From Alphaproteobacteria bacterium MarineAlpha5_Bin7 (GTDB taxonomy: Bacteria; Pseudomonadota; Alphaproteobacteria; HIMB59; GCA-002718135): 55,534 nt of DNA. Made by a program: the position numbers and the translations under genes. This document shows, one piece after another, positions 1 to 12,436 of this stretch (positions within the stretch are counted from its first letter, which is position 1; the number at the start of each line of letters is the position of its first letter). Location of the stretch: the NCBI GenBank assembly GCA_002938195.1, contig PTKX01000006.1, positions 1 through 55,534 of the forward strand, given 5' to 3'. The notes under the pieces are model-generated. The model was not told the origin of the DNA and ran no database searches. It saw only the letters and a list, made by a program, of their open reading frames with translations.

Positions 1-57
1 GAGAGCACCGGTCTCCAAAACCGGGGGCTGCGGGTTCAAGTCCTGCCACTCCTGCCA
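1..57 (+). tRNA. tRNA-Trp(CCA), 5' end cut off by window edge
   Basis: Anticodon arm CCGGT-CTCCAAA-ACCGG, T arm GCGGG-TTCAAGT-CCTGC, encoded 3' CCA. Usual position upstream of secE. Confidence 0.93.
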
Positions 58-90
58 TTTAATTAAGAAAGTAAAATGTAAATAAAATTT

Positions 91-306
91 ATGAATATTG
101 AAAAGAAAAAAACTAATCCAGCCCAGTTTGTAAGACAAGTTCGTCAAGAAATGCAAAAAGTTACCTGGCCTGAAAGAAAGGATATATTTATATCTTCTGC
201 AATTGTAATATTATTAATAGTGCTTTTCTCAATATTTTTTTTGTTAACAGATCAAATATGGTCTTTTTTAATTAAATGGATCATTCAAATAGGTTCAGGT
301 TTTTAA
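91..306 (+). CDS. secE: Preprotein translocase subunit SecE
   Basis: FVRQVRQEMQKVTWP motif plus a single TM helix; lies between tRNA-Trp and nusG. Confidence 0.95.
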   Translation: MNIEKKKTNPAQFVRQVRQEMQKVTWPERKDIFISSAIVILLIVLFSIFFLLTDQIWSFLIKWIIQIGSGF

Positions 307-840
307 ATGACAAATTCTCGTTGGTACGTTTTGCATGCTTATTCAGGTTACGAAAAAAAAGTAGCTGATAGTATAGTTGAACAAGCAAGCAAACTTGGAA
401 TTTCTGATCAAATTGAAGAAGTTTCCGTTCCTACTCAAAATATTGTTGAAGTAAAGCGGGGGGTAAGAGTTAATTCAGAAAGAAAAATTTTTCCTGGATA
501 TATCTTAATAAAAATGAATCTTAGTGAAGATACTTGGCATATAATTAAAAATACTCCTAAATTAAGTGGATTTTTAGGAACGAAAGGTAAACCAATTCCA
601 ATTAGTAACGCGGAAGCAAAAAGAATTTCTCAACAAGTAATAGATGGAGTTGAAAAATCTAGACCTTCAGTTATTTATGATGTTGGAGAAAAGGTAAAAG
701 TAATAGATGGACCGTTTGCATCTTTTAATGGAGAAATTCAAGAAATAGATGAAGAAAAAGCTAGATTAAGAGTGGCAGTTTCTATATTTGGCAGATCTAC
801 CCCAGTTGATCTTGAATATACACAGGTTGAGAAAGCATAA
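307..840 (+). CDS. nusG: Transcription termination/antitermination factor NusG
   Basis: [20 protein letters not shown] motif [14 protein letters not shown]. Confidence 0.98.
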   Translation: MTNSRWYVLHAYSGYEKKVADSIVEQASKLGISDQIEEVSVPTQNIVEVKRGVRVNSERKIFPGYILIKMNLSEDTWHIIKNTPKLSGFLGTKGKPIPISNAEAKRISQQVIDGVEKSRPSVIYDVGEKVKVIDGPFASFNGEIQEIDEEKARLRVAVSIFGRSTPVDLEYTQVEKA

Positions 841-844
841 AAAT

Positions 845-1273
845 ATGGCAAAAGAAATTTTAGGATTAATCAAATTACAAATTCCAGCTGGAGAAGCCAA
901 TCCATCACCTCCTGTTGGGCCAGCATTAGGACAAAGAGGTTTAAATATTATGGATTTTTGTAAGGCTTTTAATGAAAAAACAAAAAATTTAGAAAAAGGC
1001 TCTCCAATACCTGTGATTATTACCGCTTACAAAGATAAAAAATTTGACTTTATTACTAAATTACCGCCTGTAAGCTACTATCTTAAGAAGGCAGCTAAAA
1101 TTAAAAAAGGTAATTCAACTCCAGGAAGAAGTTTGGTTGGTAAAGTTACTATTAAAGATATTGAAAAAATAGCAAATGAAAAGATGGCTGATTTAAATGC
1201 TATAAATTTAGAAGGCGCTATTAACATGGTTAAAGGATCAGCTGTATCAATGGGAATGGAAATAGTTAATTAA
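845..1273 (+). CDS. rplK: 50S ribosomal protein L11 (start moved to ATG 845)
   Basis: [22 protein letters not shown]; ATG at 845 lies 4 nt after the nusG stop. Confidence 0.97.
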   Translation: MAKEILGLIKLQIPAGEANPSPPVGPALGQRGLNIMDFCKAFNEKTKNLEKGSPIPVIITAYKDKKFDFITKLPPVSYYLKKAAKIKKGNSTPGRSLVGKVTIKDIEKIANEKMADLNAINLEGAINMVKGSAVSMGMEIVN

Positions 1274-1968
1274 TGAAAACAGAATCTAAAAACAGAAAAA
1301 ATAAATTTAAAGATATCGACTTATCTAAAACATATAGTCCAATGGATGCACTAAAATTGCTGAAAGAAATTTCATATGTAAAATTTGAAGAAAGTATAGA
1401 TATAGCTATTAAACTAGGAATTGATGCAAGTAAAACTGATCAGAACATAAGAGGAGTTGTAAATCTTCCAAAAGGTTCAGGGAAAAAAATTAAAGTAGCT
1501 GTAATGGCAAAAGGAGACAAGGCAAAAGAAGCTTCCGATGCAGGAGCTGATTTGGTTGGAGATAACGATATAGTAGATATGGTTAATTCAAATAAAATTA
1601 GTTTTGATTTGTTGATAGCAACTCCTGACATGATGCCAACAATTGGAAAAATTGGAAAGATTTTAGGACCAAAAGGATTAATGCCTAATCCTAAATTAGG
1701 AACAGTAACTCAAGATGTTTCAAAAGCTGTAAAAGAAGCTAAGTCTGGTCAAATTCAATTTAAAAATGATAAGGCTGGCATTGTTCACGCAGGTATTGGA
1801 AAATTAAATTTTAAAGATGAAGATCTACTTGAAAATATTAAGGCTTTTTATGCAACTATTAATAAAAGCAAGCCAGATAGCGTCAAAGGATCTTTCATAA
1901 AAAAGGTTACCATAGCTTCAACTATGGGTTTAGGATTAGTAATAAACGTAGGAGATTTACGTTCATGA
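1273..1968 (+). CDS. rplA: 50S ribosomal protein L1
   Basis: LGPKGLMPNPKLGTVT, STMG; TAATG overlap with rplK. Confidence 0.97.
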   Translation: MKTESKNRKNKFKDIDLSKTYSPMDALKLLKEISYVKFEESIDIAIKLGIDASKTDQNIRGVVNLPKGSGKKIKVAVMAKGDKAKEASDAGADLVGDNDIVDMVNSNKISFDLLIATPDMMPTIGKIGKILGPKGLMPNPKLGTVTQDVSKAVKEAKSGQIQFKNDKAGIVHAGIGKLNFKDEDLLENIKAFYATINKSKPDSVKGSFIKKVTIASTMGLGLVINVGDLRS

Positions 1969-2003
1969 TATTCCTAATTTGATAGCAGTATAAACTGTTA
2001 TCA

Positions 2004-2081
2004 CCTGTCAAAGACTGTAGGTGCTTATGCTTAATATCCTACATAGACTGAAGCAAGTCATAAGATGAGCTTCTTGGCAGG
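2004..2081 (+). ncRNA. Ribosomal protein L10 leader (autoregulatory 5' UTR)
   Basis: CCTGTCAA (2004-2011) pairs with TTGGCAGG (2074-2081) and encloses AAGAC-TGTAGG...TTAA...CCTACA-TAGAC, the core typical of L10 leaders. Directly upstream of rplJ. Confidence 0.8.
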
Positions 2082-2147
2082 TTGTTGTTAGAATGATGGT
2101 CATTTTAGCAATAGCTAACAGGGGAAACCCTAAAAACCGGAGTTAAA

Positions 2148-2669
2148 GTGAAACGTTCTGATAAAAATGAATTTGTCAAAAAACTGAAAAAAGAATTAGA
2201 AGACTCTTCTTCAGTAATTGTTTCTCATTATGCTGGCTTATCAGTAATTGAAACTGATGATCTGAGAAAATCAATGAGAGATAATGGAGCAAAATTCAAA
2301 GTTACTAAGAACAGACTTACTAAGCTTGCTTTAACTGACACTAAATACGAGTCTATCACTGATCTTTTTAATGGACCAACAGCAATAGCTTTTTCTAATG
2401 ATCCAATAGCGCCTTCTAGGGTTTCTGTTGATTTTGAAAAAAAGTTTAAAAATTTTAAAATTGTTGGAGGTGCTTTTGAAGGAGAAAAGATTGATTTAGA
2501 TAAAATTCAATTTTTAGCTTCTTTGCCATCTCTTGATGAAGTGAGAGGAAAATTAGTTGGTCTAATTTTAGCGCCAGCTCAAAAAATTGCTTCTATTTTA
2601 CAAGAACCAGGTGGTCAGTTAGCTAGAGTGATTAATTCTCGTAGTGAAAGTTTAGGCAAGTCAAACTAG
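2148..2669 (+). CDS. rplJ: 50S ribosomal protein L10
   Basis: [27 protein letters not shown]; GTG start preceded by GGAG. Confidence 0.96.
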   Translation: MKRSDKNEFVKKLKKELEDSSSVIVSHYAGLSVIETDDLRKSMRDNGAKFKVTKNRLTKLALTDTKYESITDLFNGPTAIAFSNDPIAPSRVSVDFEKKFKNFKIVGGAFEGEKIDLDKIQFLASLPSLDEVRGKLVGLILAPAQKIASILQEPGGQLARVINSRSESLGKSN

Positions 2670-2689
2670 GTTTAAAAGGAGAAATAATT

Positions 2690-3067
2690 ATGACTGATTT
2701 AAACAAAATTGTAGAAGATTTATCTTCTTTATCAGTAATTGAAGCTGCTGAATTAAGCAAACTTCTTGAAGAAAAGTGGGGAGTTTCTGCCGCTGCGCCT
2801 GTAGCAGTTGCCGCTGCACCTGCAGCTGGCGGAGGTGATGCTGCCGCAGAAGAAAAAAGTGAATTTGATGTTGTTCTTGCTGAAGCTGGAGCAAATAAAA
2901 TTGCTGTAATTAAAGAAGTAAGAACTATTTCTGGCTTAGGACTTAAAGAAGCAAAAGATTTAGTAGAAGCTGCACCAAAACCTTTAAAACAAGGTGTTGC
3001 AAAAGCTGAAGCAGAGGAAATGAAAAAATCTCTTGAAGCAGCTGGAGCAAAAGTAGAATTAAAATAA
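2690..3067 (+). CDS. rplL: 50S ribosomal protein L7/L12
   Basis: [13 protein letters not shown] hinge, [12 protein letters not shown]; SD AAGGAG. Confidence 0.98.
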   Translation: MTDLNKIVEDLSSLSVIEAAELSKLLEEKWGVSAAAPVAVAAAPAAGGGDAAAEEKSEFDVVLAEAGANKIAVIKEVRTISGLGLKEAKDLVEAAPKPLKQGVAKAEAEEMKKSLEAAGAKVELK

Positions 3068-3073
3068 TAAATA

Positions 3074-3103
3074 AAAGCTCTCAATAATATTATTGAGAGC
3101 TTT
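3074..3103 (+). terminator. Hairpin (terminator/attenuator) between rplL and rpoB
   Basis: Perfect 30-bp palindrome AAAGCTCTCAATAAT/ATTATTGAGAGCTTT; only a short U tail. Confidence 0.65.
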
Positions 3104-3123
3104 CAAAACTGTAGTTAAAAGAA

Positions 3124-6100
3124 ATGAAAAACATGAGCCTTGCATATACAAATCCAAAAAAAATTAGAAAATCTTTCGGAAAAATACCTCATATAACAGC
3201 CCTACCAAATTTAATAGAAGTACAAAAAAGATCTTTTGATAATTTTTTACAACTTAAAGTTAATCCAGAAGATAGAGCTAATAGCGGTCTTCATGCAATT
3301 TTTAAATCAGTTTTTCCAATTAATGATTACACTGAAAGAGCCACAGTTGATTATGTCAGTTATGATATTGGCATACCCAAATATGATGTTGAAGAATGCT
3401 CTCAGAGAGGCATGACTTATGGAGCATCATTACTTGTAAACTTTAGGCTAATTGTCTGGGATATAGATGAAGAAGCAGGCACTAAGTCAGTGAGGGACAT
3501 TAAAGAACAAGAGGTATACATGGGTGATATACCTTTGATGACAAAAAATGCAACATTTGTGGTTAATGGCGTAGAGAGAGTAGTTGTTAGTCAAATGCAT
3601 AGATCTCCAGGAGTATTCTTTGATCATGATTTTGGTAAAACTCATGTGAGTGGTAAATATTTATACAACGCAAGGATTATTCCTTATCGTGGATCATGGT
3701 TAGATTTTGAACATGATGCAAAAAATAATATTCATGCCAGAATAGATAGAAAAAGAAAATTTCCTGTAACTACTTTATTTAAGTGTCTTTTAAGTTCTAT
3801 TTCAGAAGAATATGTTAAAGATTGTGAAGTAAAAAAAATTGAGCCTGATACGAAAAAAGTTCAAGGAATGACCGGTGAAGAAATCTTAAGAATATTTTAC
3901 GATTCAATTGAGTATAAAAAAGGTAAATTTGGGTGGCATGCAAAGTTAAATCTTCAATTCTTTAAAGGAAAGGTTTTAAATTATCATATACTTAATTCTG
4001 AAAATGGAAAAATTTTATTAGAAAAGGGAACTAAAGTAACTCAAAGACTTATTAATGAGGTTTTAAAGAAAAAAAATACTACTTTTTGTATAGAAGAAGA
4101 ATCATTGCTAGGCAGTTTTATTTCTAGCGACATCATAAATGAAAAAAATGGTAAAATTTATTATGAAGCAGGTTATGAAGTAGATGAAGATTTAATTACT
4201 TTTATCAACAACAATAATATTAATAAAATTGGAGTATTAAAAACTGATAATGTTGAAATTGGATCATATATAAGAAACACACTACAATTAGATAAAGCAA
4301 GATCTCGAGAAGAAGCATTGTTTGAAGTATTTAAAATACTAAGACCGGGTGAACCCCCTACAATAGAAACAGCTGAGTTATTATTTAATAATCTTTTTTT
4401 CAATGCAGACAGATATGATTTGTCTTCAGTGGGTAGATTAAAAATAATTTCTAAGTTTAAAAAAGATATATCAATAGAAAAAAGAGTTTTAGATAAAAGC
4501 GATATAGTTGACGTTGTTAAGCATATGCATAATCTAATTGATGGTATTGGTGAAGTAGACGATATAGATCATCTTGGGAATAGAAGAGTTAGATCTGTCG
4601 GTGAATTGCTAGAAAATCAATATCGAGTAGGCTTACTTAAAATGGATCGAGCTATTAAAGAAAGACTAAGTTCATTGGAAGTTGATAATATCATGCCGCA
4701 AGATATTATTAATGCAAAACCAGTATCAGCTTCTATTAAAGAATTTTTCGGAACTAGCCAATTAAGTCAATTTATGGATCAAACCAATCCTTTAAGTGAA
4801 ATAACTCACAAGAGAAGGGTTTCTGCACTAGGACCTGGTGGATTAAATAGAGAAAGAGCAGGATTTGAAGTTAGAGATGTGCATCAAACTCATTATGGAA
4901 GAATATGTCCTATTGAAACTCCTGAGGGAGCGAATATCGGTTTAATTAATAGCTTAGCATCTTATTCGAGAATTAATGAATATGGATTTATTGAAACTCC
5001 CTATAGAATTGTCACAAGCGGCAAGGTTACCAATAAAGTTGTTTATCTTAGCGCTATAGATGAAGAAGATTATGTTATAGCTCAAGCAAATGCTGAAGTT
5101 GATGCAAAAGGAAAGTTTTTAGATTCCTTGATAAGTTGTAGACAAAATGGTGAATTTATTACAACTGACTCAGATTCAATTGATCTTATGGATGTTTCTC
5201 CCCAACAGCTAGTTTCAGTAGCCTCTTCTTTAATACCTTTCTTAGAAAATGATGATGCAAATAGAGCTCTTATGGGTTCTAATATGATGAGACAAGCGGT
5301 TCCTCTTATGAAACCAAAGGCACCACTAGTAGGAACAGGTATGGAATATACTGTAGCTAAAGATAGTGGCTCAACTGTTGTTGCTAAAAGAGATGGCATA
5401 GTTGATCAATTAGATGCAAATAGAATAGTAATAAGAGTAACAGATAAAAGTGATAAATCTTTAAATAAAATTGATATATATAATTTGTTGAAATTTCAGA
5501 GATCAAATCAAAATACTTGTATAAATCAAAGACCATTAGTGAGTGTTGGTGATAAAGTTTCTAAAAATCAAATTATAGCAGATGGTCCAGCTACAGAACT
5601 TGGTGAATTAGCTTTAGGTAGAAATGTTTTAGTAGCATTTATGCCATGGAATGGTTACAATTTTGAAGACTCTATTTTAATTTCCGAAAGAATTGTGCAT
5701 GATGATATGTTTTCTTCAATTCATGTTGAAGAATTTGAAGTTATGGCAAGAGATACAAAACTTGGCCCAGAAGAAATAACTAGAGATATTCCGAATGCTA
5801 GCGAAGAAATGCTTAGAAATTTAGATGAAACAGGTATGGTATATGTAGGCGCAGAAGTAAAATCAGGTGATATTTTAATTGGCAAAGTAACTCCTAAAGG
5901 AGAATCTCCAATGACTCCTGAAGAAAAATTACTAAGAGCAATCTTTGGTGAAAAAGCTGCAGATGTTAAAGATACAAGTCTAAGAGTTCCTCCTGGCGCA
6001 AAAGGAACTGTTGTTGAAATAAGAGTTTTTTCAAGAAGGGGAGTTGAAAAGGATGAAAGAGCAATAAGTATTGAAAATTCAGAGATTGAAAGTATTTCTA

Positions 6101-7341
6101 GAGATAGAGATGATGAATTAAATATTCTAGAAAAAAGTTTTGCTAATCAAATTAAAGACTTATTAGTAGGCAAAACTTCTGTTTCTGATGTAGAATCTAT
6201 TCAAAAAAATTCAAAAATTGATTTTGATCAAGTAGATAACCTTGACGCAAAGTCCCTTCAAAAAGTTCAAGTTAATGATGAAAAAACAATGGCTGAAATT
6301 GAATCAAGAGCCAAAAACTATAATATTCAATTAGGTAATATAAATCAAAAATTTGAAAATAAAATTGATAAAATACAAAGTGGAGATGAACTTTTACCAG
6401 GTGTATTGAAATTAATAAAAGTATTTGTTGCGGTTAAGAGAAAATTACAACCTGGAGATAAAATGGCTGGAAGGCATGGTAATAAAGGAGTAATCTCAAA
6501 AATATGTCCAATTGAAGATATGCCATACTTAAATGATGGAACTCCAGTAGATATTGTTCTTAACCCCTTAGGTGTTCCAAGCAGAATGAATATAGGTCAA
6601 ATATTAGAAACACATTTAGGTTGGGCATCAGCTTCTCTCGGAAAACAAGTGAATGAAATGTTAACCAAAATACATTCTGAAGGAAAATCTGATGATTTAA
6701 AAAATAAATTACTTGAAATATATAATCAAGATTCATACAAAAATTTAATAAAAAATATGAATGCGGATGAAGTCATTGAACTAGCGAATAATTTAAAAGA
6801 AGGGATACCATTTGCCACTCCAGTATTTGATGGTGCTAAGGAAAATAATATTTCTTCTTTGCTAAAGAAGTCTGGAGTTAATATTACAGGGCAAGAAATT
6901 CTCACGGATGGTGTTAGTGGGGAAAAATTTGAAAGACCAGTTACAGTTGGTTATATTTATATGCTTAAACTTCACCACTTAGTTGATGAAAAAATTCATG
7001 CAAGATCTATTGGTCCATACAGTTTGGTTACCCAACAACCACTTGGAGGAAAAGCACAATTTGGTGGACAAAGGTTTGGCGAAATGGAAGTCTGGGCATT
7101 AGAAGCCTATGGAGCAGCTTATACTTTGCAAGAAATATTAACTATTAAAGCAGATGATGTTGCTGGAAGAACAAAAGTTTATGAGTCTATAGTGAAAGGT
7201 GATCATAATTTTGAATCAGGCACACCTGAATCATTCAATGTAATGATTAAAGAGTTAAGGTCGCTAGGGTTAAATGTAGAATTTAAACAGAATGTTAAAG
7301 AAGAAAATATGCAAAATAAACTTTTATTGGAGAAAGAATAA
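3124..7341 (+). CDS. rpoB: RNA polymerase beta subunit (alternative start 3133)
   Basis: [42 protein letters not shown]. Confidence 0.99.
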   Translation: MKNMSLAYTNPKKIRKSFGKIPHITALPNLIEVQKRSFDNFLQLKVNPEDRANSGLHAIFKSVFPINDYTERATVDYVSYDIGIPKYDVEECSQRGMTYGASLLVNFRLIVWDIDEEAGTKSVRDIKEQEVYMGDIPLMTKNATFVVNGVERVVVSQMHRSPGVFFDHDFGKTHVSGKYLYNARIIPYRGSWLDFEHDAKNNIHARIDRKRKFPVTTLFKCLLSSISEEYVKDCEVKKIEPDTKKVQGMTGEEILRIFYDSIEYKKGKFGWHAKLNLQFFKGKVLNYHILNSENGKILLEKGTKVTQRLINEVLKKKNTTFCIEEESLLGSFISSDIINEKNGKIYYEAGYEVDEDLITFINNNNINKIGVLKTDNVEIGSYIRNTLQLDKARSREEALFEVFKILRPGEPPTIETAELLFNNLFFNADRYDLSSVGRLKIISKFKKDISIEKRVLDKSDIVDVVKHMHNLIDGIGEVDDIDHLGNRRVRSVGELLENQYRVGLLKMDRAIKERLSSLEVDNIMPQDIINAKPVSASIKEFFGTSQLSQFMDQTNPLSEITHKRRVSALGPGGLNRERAGFEVRDVHQTHYGRICPIETPEGANIGLINSLASYSRINEYGFIETPYRIVTSGKVTNKVVYLSAIDEEDYVIAQANAEVDAKGKFLDSLISCRQNGEFITTDSDSIDLMDVSPQQLVSVASSLIPFLENDDANRALMGSNMMRQAVPLMKPKAPLVGTGMEYTVAKDSGSTVVAKRDGIVDQLDANRIVIRVTDKSDKSLNKIDIYNLLKFQRSNQNTCINQRPLVSVGDKVSKNQIIADGPATELGELALGRNVLVAFMPWNGYNFEDSILISERIVHDDMFSSIHVEEFEVMARDTKLGPEEITRDIPNASEEMLRNLDETGMVYVGAEVKSGDILIGKVTPKGESPMTPEEKLLRAIFGEKAADVKDTSLRVPPGAKGTVVEIRVFSRRGVEKDERAISIENSEIESISRDRDDELNILEKSFANQIKDLLVGKTSVSDVESIQKNSKIDFDQVDNLDAKSLQKVQVNDEKTMAEIESRAKNYNIQLGNINQKFENKIDKIQSGDELLPGVLKLIKVFVAVKRKLQPGDKMAGRHGNKGVISKICPIEDMPYLNDGTPVDIVLNPLGVPSRMNIGQILETHLGWASASLGKQVNEMLTKIHSEGKSDDLKNKLLEIYNQDSYKNLIKNMNADEVIELANNLKEGIPFATPVFDGAKENNISSLLKKSGVNITGQEILTDGVSGEKFERPVTVGYIYMLKLHHLVDEKIHARSIGPYSLVTQQPLGGKAQFGGQRFGEMEVWALEAYGAAYTLQEILTIKADDVAGRTKVYESIVKGDHNFESGTPESFNVMIKELRSLGLNVEFKQNVKEENMQNKLLLEKE

Positions 7342-10300
7342 TGAATAAAGAATTGACAAACATTTTTAATCAAAATCAAGGTGTTAAAAGTTTTGATAGT
7401 ATTAAGATTTCTATAGCTAGTCCTGATCAAATTCGTTCTTGGTCTTTTGGTGAAATAAAAAAACCAGAAACTATTAATTATAGAACTTTTAAGCCAGAAA
7501 AAGACGGTCTTTTTTGCGCAAGAATTTTTGGACCTGTAAAAGATTATGAATGTTTGTGTGGAAAATATAAACGTATGAAATTTAGAGGTATTATTTGCGA
7601 AAAATGCGGAGTTGAAGTTACTTTATCTAAAGTAAGAAGAGATAGAATGGGGCATATAGAGTTAGCTGCTCCAGTTTCACATATTTGGTTTATGAAATCT
7701 TTGCCAAGCAGAATAGCTACGCTTCTAGACATGACTATAAAAAATTTAGAAAAAGTTCTATATTTTGAACAGTTTATTGTTGTTGAACCAGGATTAACTG
7801 ACTTAAAAAAAGGCGAAATTATTTCTGAAGATCAATACATAGATTATCAAGATGAGTATGGTGAAGATTCTTTTAGCGCTGCAATTGGAGCAGAGGCTAT
7901 AGAGCAAATGTTATTGAATATAGATTTACAATCAGATAGAGAACAGCTTAAGCAAGATTTATTAGAAACTAAATCTGAATTAAAAAAAACAAAAATAACA
8001 AAAAGATTAAAATTAGTTGAAAATTTCTTAGCATCTAAAAACAAACCGGAATGGATGATACTAAATGTGTTACCAGTAATACCCCCTGAGTTAAGACCTC
8101 TGGTACCTCTTGATGGCGGTAGATTTGCAACTAGTGATTTGAATGATTTATATAGAAGAGTAATTAATAGAAATAACAGATTAAAAAGATTAATAGATTT
8201 AAGAGCCCCTGATATTATTATTAGAAATGAAAAAAGAATGTTGCAAGAATCAGTTGATGCATTGTTTGATAATGGTCGAAGAGGAAGGGTTATAACCTCT
8301 ACCAATAAAAGACCTTTAAAATCATTATCTGATATGCTCAAAGGAAAGCAAGGTAGATTTAGACAAAACTTGCTAGGTAAAAGGGTTGATTATTCAGGAA
8401 GATCAGTAATAGTTGTTGGGCCTAATCTAAAATTACATCAATGCGGATTGCCAAAAAAAATGGCACTTGAACTTTTCAAGCCTTTTATTTTTCACAAACT
8501 TGATTCTTATGGATGGGCAAATACAATTAAAGCTGCCAAAAAACTTGTCGAAAAAGAAGATCCAAGAGTTTGGGATATTTTAGAAGAGGTTATCAGAGAG
8601 CATCCAGTTTTATTAAATAGAGCACCTACTTTACATAGACTTGGCATACAAGCTTTTGAACCGATGCTTATTGAAGGAAAGTCGATTCAATTGCATCCTT
8701 TAGTCTGTACTGCTTTTAATGCTGATTTCGATGGGGATCAAATGGCTATACATGTTCCTTTAAGTCTAGAGGCTCAGTTAGAAGCTAGAGTTTTAATGAT
8801 GAGCACTAATAATATTTTATCACCTTCTAGTGGCAAACCAATTATTGTACCTTCCCAAGATATAGTATTAGGAATTTATTACTTATCTATTCTCAGAAAG
8901 AATCAAAAAGGTGAAAATAAATTCTTTGTTGACTTAGATGAAATAATCAAAGCATTAGAAAATCATGATATAGCTTTGCATACAAGAATAGTAACTAGAG
9001 TTAAAGGTTTTGACTCTAATGTAAAAAAAGTAGAAACTACAGCTGGAAGAATGATGCTCGGAAATTTACTTCCTAAAAATGAAAATATTGATTTTGACTT
9101 GATTAATAAAGTTTTAACTAAAAAAGATGTTAGCAATATCATTGACACGGTTTATAGATTTTGCGGACAAAAAGAAACTATAATTTTTGCTGACAGAATA
9201 ATGAGCCTAGGATTTAAATATGCTGCTAGAGCAGGAATATCTTTTGGCAAAGATGATTTAATTATACCTGCTGAAAAAAATATACTTGTTGATGAGACAC
9301 AAAAGAAAGTTCAAGAATATGAGAATCAATATCAGGACGGACTGATTACTCAAGGAGAAAAATACAATAAAGTTGTCGATGCATGGTCAGAATGCACAAA
9401 CAAAGTAGCTGATAAAATGTTAGACACTATTTCATCTCCTGAAGATGATAAACCCGTAAATTCTGTTTATATAATGGCACACTCTGGAGCTAGAGGGTCA
9501 GCAGCACAATTGAAACAATTAGCTGGTATGAGGGGATTAATGGCAAAACCTTCAGGTGAGATTATTGAAAATCCTATTAAATCTAATTTTAAAGAAGGTT
9601 TATCTGTTTTAGAATATTTTACTTCAACACATGGTGCGCGCAAAGGACTTGCTGATACAGCGCTAAAAACTGCTAGCTCAGGATATTTGACAAGACGTTT
9701 AGTAGATGTAGCTCAAGATGCAGTGATTAGAGAGGAAGATTGTGGTACTGAAAAAGGTGTTGTCGTTGAAGAAATAATTGAGTCTGGAAACGTAACTTCC
9801 CCAATAGTAGAAAGAATTTTGGGTCGTTGCCCAGTTGAAGACGTCAAAGATAATGATGGTAACATTATTGTCAATAAAGGAAATATTATTGAAGAACCAC
9901 ATTTAGAATCTATTTCTACCTCAAATATCAGATCTATGAAAATTAGATCAGTTTTAACCTGTGAAACATTAAATGGTATTTGTGCTAAATGTTATGGACG
10001 AGATTTAGCAAGAGGAACCAATGTAAATATTGGAGAGGCAGTAGGCATAATTGCAGCTCAATCAATAGGAGAGCCTGGAACACAATTAACTATGAGAACA
10101 TTTCATATTGGAGGGGCAGCTAGTTCATCCATGGAACAGTCTTCTGCAAAGTCTCCAATAGATGGTCAGATTCAAGCTGAAAATTTAAAATTTATCAATG
10201 ACAGCAATGGGAATAAAATATTATTAACAAGAAATGCAAAAATCAAAATATTTTCTAACAATGAAGAAAAATTTTCATTTAGCATTCCTTTTGGTTCGAG

Positions 10301-11480
10301 AGTATTATTCGATAATAATGACTCAGTAAAATCAAATCAAATTTTAGCGGATTGGGATCCTTATACTTTACCAATTATAGCTGAAAAAGATGGTTTTATT
10401 AAATATGTAGATCTTAAACAGGGAGTTTCTTTTAGAGAAGCTGTAGATGATACCACTGGTATATCGAGTAAGATTATTATGGATTGGAGTCAAAATATTA
10501 AAACAAAAAATTTAAAACCTTCTATAAACATATTAGACTCTATGAATGAAGAAGTAGACTCAGAGAACAAAGATCAATTGAATTATCCAATGTCAATTGA
10601 TACGATAATTGGTGTAGAGGACAATGCAAAGGTTACAGCAGGGCAGGTTATAGCAAGAATACCTAAAGAATCTCTAAAAACAAAAGATATTACGGGAGGT
10701 CTACCAAGGGTGGCCGAGCTTTTTGAAGCAAGAAAACCAAAAGATCCAGCTATAATGAGTGAGATAGATGGAAAAGTTGCATTTGGTAAGGATTATAAAA
10801 ATAAAAGAAGACTTATTATATCAAGTATAGATAATGATAACGATTTTGAAATCTTAATACCTCGTGCTAAATATTTAAATGTCCAAGAAGGAGATTTTGT
10901 TAAAAAAGGCGATGTTTTAGTTGATGGCACACCTGTTCCTCATGACATATTAAGAATTCTTGGTATAGAAGAATTAGCAAGATATTTAGTAAGAGAAGTG
11001 CAATCAGTTTATAAACTTCAGGGAGTTTTTATTAATGACAAACATATAGAAGTTATTGCTAGACAAATGCTACAAAAAGTATTGATCAAAAGTCCTGGAG
11101 GTTCAAGTTTATTAGCTGGAGAACAAATAAATAAATATGACATGCTTGAAATTAATAAAGAATTAGAAAAAGAAAACAAAGAACAAATTATTTATGAACC
11201 AGTTTTATTAGGTATTACAAAGGCTAGTTTACAAACTAATTCATTTATTTCTGCAGCTTCCTTCCAGGAAACAACAAAAGTACTAACTGATGCTGCTACC
11301 CAAGGAAAAACTGATAGTCTCAATGGTTTAAAAGAAAATGTTATTGTAGGAAGATTAATCCCTGCGGGTACTGGAAAAATGACTTCTAATTACAATGAAA
11401 TTGCTAAAAAAAGAGATCTTGAAAAATTAGCAATAAAATCAAAGAATCAAGAAAAAATAGAGAATTTACCTAGTAATTAA
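7341..11480 (+). CDS. rpoC: RNA polymerase beta' subunit
   Basis: Catalytic NADFDGD, Zn finger CLCGKY...[17 protein letters not shown]. Confidence 0.99.
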   Translation: MNKELTNIFNQNQGVKSFDSIKISIASPDQIRSWSFGEIKKPETINYRTFKPEKDGLFCARIFGPVKDYECLCGKYKRMKFRGIICEKCGVEVTLSKVRRDRMGHIELAAPVSHIWFMKSLPSRIATLLDMTIKNLEKVLYFEQFIVVEPGLTDLKKGEIISEDQYIDYQDEYGEDSFSAAIGAEAIEQMLLNIDLQSDREQLKQDLLETKSELKKTKITKRLKLVENFLASKNKPEWMILNVLPVIPPELRPLVPLDGGRFATSDLNDLYRRVINRNNRLKRLIDLRAPDIIIRNEKRMLQESVDALFDNGRRGRVITSTNKRPLKSLSDMLKGKQGRFRQNLLGKRVDYSGRSVIVVGPNLKLHQCGLPKKMALELFKPFIFHKLDSYGWANTIKAAKKLVEKEDPRVWDILEEVIREHPVLLNRAPTLHRLGIQAFEPMLIEGKSIQLHPLVCTAFNADFDGDQMAIHVPLSLEAQLEARVLMMSTNNILSPSSGKPIIVPSQDIVLGIYYLSILRKNQKGENKFFVDLDEIIKALENHDIALHTRIVTRVKGFDSNVKKVETTAGRMMLGNLLPKNENIDFDLINKVLTKKDVSNIIDTVYRFCGQKETIIFADRIMSLGFKYAARAGISFGKDDLIIPAEKNILVDETQKKVQEYENQYQDGLITQGEKYNKVVDAWSECTNKVADKMLDTISSPEDDKPVNSVYIMAHSGARGSAAQLKQLAGMRGLMAKPSGEIIENPIKSNFKEGLSVLEYFTSTHGARKGLADTALKTASSGYLTRRLVDVAQDAVIREEDCGTEKGVVVEEIIESGNVTSPIVERILGRCPVEDVKDNDGNIIVNKGNIIEEPHLESISTSNIRSMKIRSVLTCETLNGICAKCYGRDLARGTNVNIGEAVGIIAAQSIGEPGTQLTMRTFHIGGAASSSMEQSSAKSPIDGQIQAENLKFINDSNGNKILLTRNAKIKIFSNNEEKFSFSIPFGSRVLFDNNDSVKSNQILADWDPYTLPIIAEKDGFIKYVDLKQGVSFREAVDDTTGISSKIIMDWSQNIKTKNLKPSINILDSMNEEVDSENKDQLNYPMSIDTIIGVEDNAKVTAGQVIARIPKESLKTKDITGGLPRVAELFEARKPKDPAIMSEIDGKVAFGKDYKNKRRLIISSIDNDNDFEILIPRAKYLNVQEGDFVKKGDVLVDGTPVPHDILRILGIEELARYLVREVQSVYKLQGVFINDKHIEVIARQMLQKVLIKSPGGSSLLAGEQINKYDMLEINKELEKENKEQIIYEPVLLGITKASLQTNSFISAASFQETTKVLTDAATQGKTDSLNGLKENVIVGRLIPAGTGKMTSNYNEIAKKRDLEKLAIKSKNQEKIENLPSN

Positions 11481-11490
11481 GCTAATTTTC

Positions 11491-11519
11491 TTGACTTATT
11501 GAGCAGTACTTAATAAATA
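11491..11519 (+). promoter_or_regulatory. Putative sigma70 promoter of the rpsL operon
   Basis: TTGACT-17 bp-TAAATA followed by GC-rich CGCGC in the rpoC-rpsL gap. Confidence 0.65.
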
Positions 11520-11582
11520 CGCGCTACTTTAATCAATGGTGGTGGAAAATTCATTCCAAACGCTTGATGATAGGAAATTTAA

Positions 11583-11954
11583 ATGCCTACTATAAATCAA
11601 CTTGTTCGTAAGGGCAGAGACAGAGTTAACAAAAGGAATAAAGTTCCAGCTCTAAATGCTTGTCCACAAAAAAGAGGCGTTTGTACGAGAGTTTATACCA
11701 CTACCCCAAAAAAACCTAACTCTGCGTTGAGAAAAGTAGCTAGAGTTAAACTTACTAATGGTCAGGAAGTTTCAGCTTATATTCCAGGAGAAGGACATAA
11801 TTTGCAAGAGCATTCAGTTGTTTTAATTAGAGGGGGAAGAGTTAAAGATTTGCCAGGAGTTAGATATCACATTCTAAGAGGATGTCTTGATACACAAGGT
11901 GTGTCCTCAAGAAAACAAAGACGCTCTTTATATGGAGCTAAAAAACCTAAATAA
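11583..11954 (+). CDS. rpsL: 30S ribosomal protein S12
   Basis: [23 protein letters not shown]. Confidence 0.99.
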   Translation: MPTINQLVRKGRDRVNKRNKVPALNACPQKRGVCTRVYTTTPKKPNSALRKVARVKLTNGQEVSAYIPGEGHNLQEHSVVLIRGGRVKDLPGVRYHILRGCLDTQGVSSRKQRRSLYGAKKPK

Positions 11955-11959
11955 ATATT

Positions 11960-12430
11960 ATGTCAAGAAGAAGAGCAGCAACTAAAAGGGAAGTATTACC
12001 AGATCATAAATTTAAAGATTTAATTCTTACAAAGTTTATGAATAGAATAATGCAGGACGGAAAAAAATCTGTATCAGAAAGAATTGTCTATGGAGCTTTT
12101 GACATTGTTTACAATAAAACAAATAAGAAACCTATAGATTTTTTTCATGAAGCTTTAGATAATGTTAAACCTAACTTAGAAGTTAGATCTAGAAGAGTTG
12201 GAGGAGCAACTTATCAAGTTCCAATGGAAGTAAGACCTAGAAGAGCACAAACTCTAGCAATGAAATGGATTGTTGATTCCGCATTAAAAAGAAATGAAAA
12301 AACAATGAAGGAAAGAATTGCTAGTGAAATTATGGATGCACATAACAATAAAGGAAATGCAGTAAAGAAAAGAGAAGAAACTCATAAAATGGCTGAAGCT
12401 AATAGGGCTTTTTCTCATTTCAGATGGTAA
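11960..12430 (+). CDS. rpsG: 30S ribosomal protein S7
   Basis: [26 protein letters not shown]. Confidence 0.99.
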   Translation: MSRRRAATKREVLPDHKFKDLILTKFMNRIMQDGKKSVSERIVYGAFDIVYNKTNKKPIDFFHEALDNVKPNLEVRSRRVGGATYQVPMEVRPRRAQTLAMKWIVDSALKRNEKTMKERIASEIMDAHNNKGNAVKKREETHKMAEANRAFSHFRW

Positions 12431-12436
12431 TTTAAA

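Noticed and set aside
1-57. Alternative genetic code (UGA as Trp), given the low GC content
   Set aside because: The anticodon is CCA, and TGA ends conserved genes (rplA, rplD, rpsN) at the expected lengths.
788-844. N-terminal extensions in the ORF track for rplK, rpsH, ROK and soxG
   Set aside because: They come from upstream TTG/alternative starts inside the preceding gene; downstream ATGs fit the family N-termini.
3074-3103. 30-bp perfect palindrome as a mobile or REP element
   Set aside because: Single copy in the window, at the known rplL-rpoB attenuator position.
4741-4840. Rifampicin-resistance substitutions in RpoB (and streptomycin sites in RpsL)
   Set aside because: The motifs match the sensitive consensus.
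7320-7360. Possible rpoB-rpoC fusion, as in Wolbachia or Helicobacter
   Set aside because: There is a TAA stop and a TAATG overlap in different frames; the same coupling occurs at many other junctions here.
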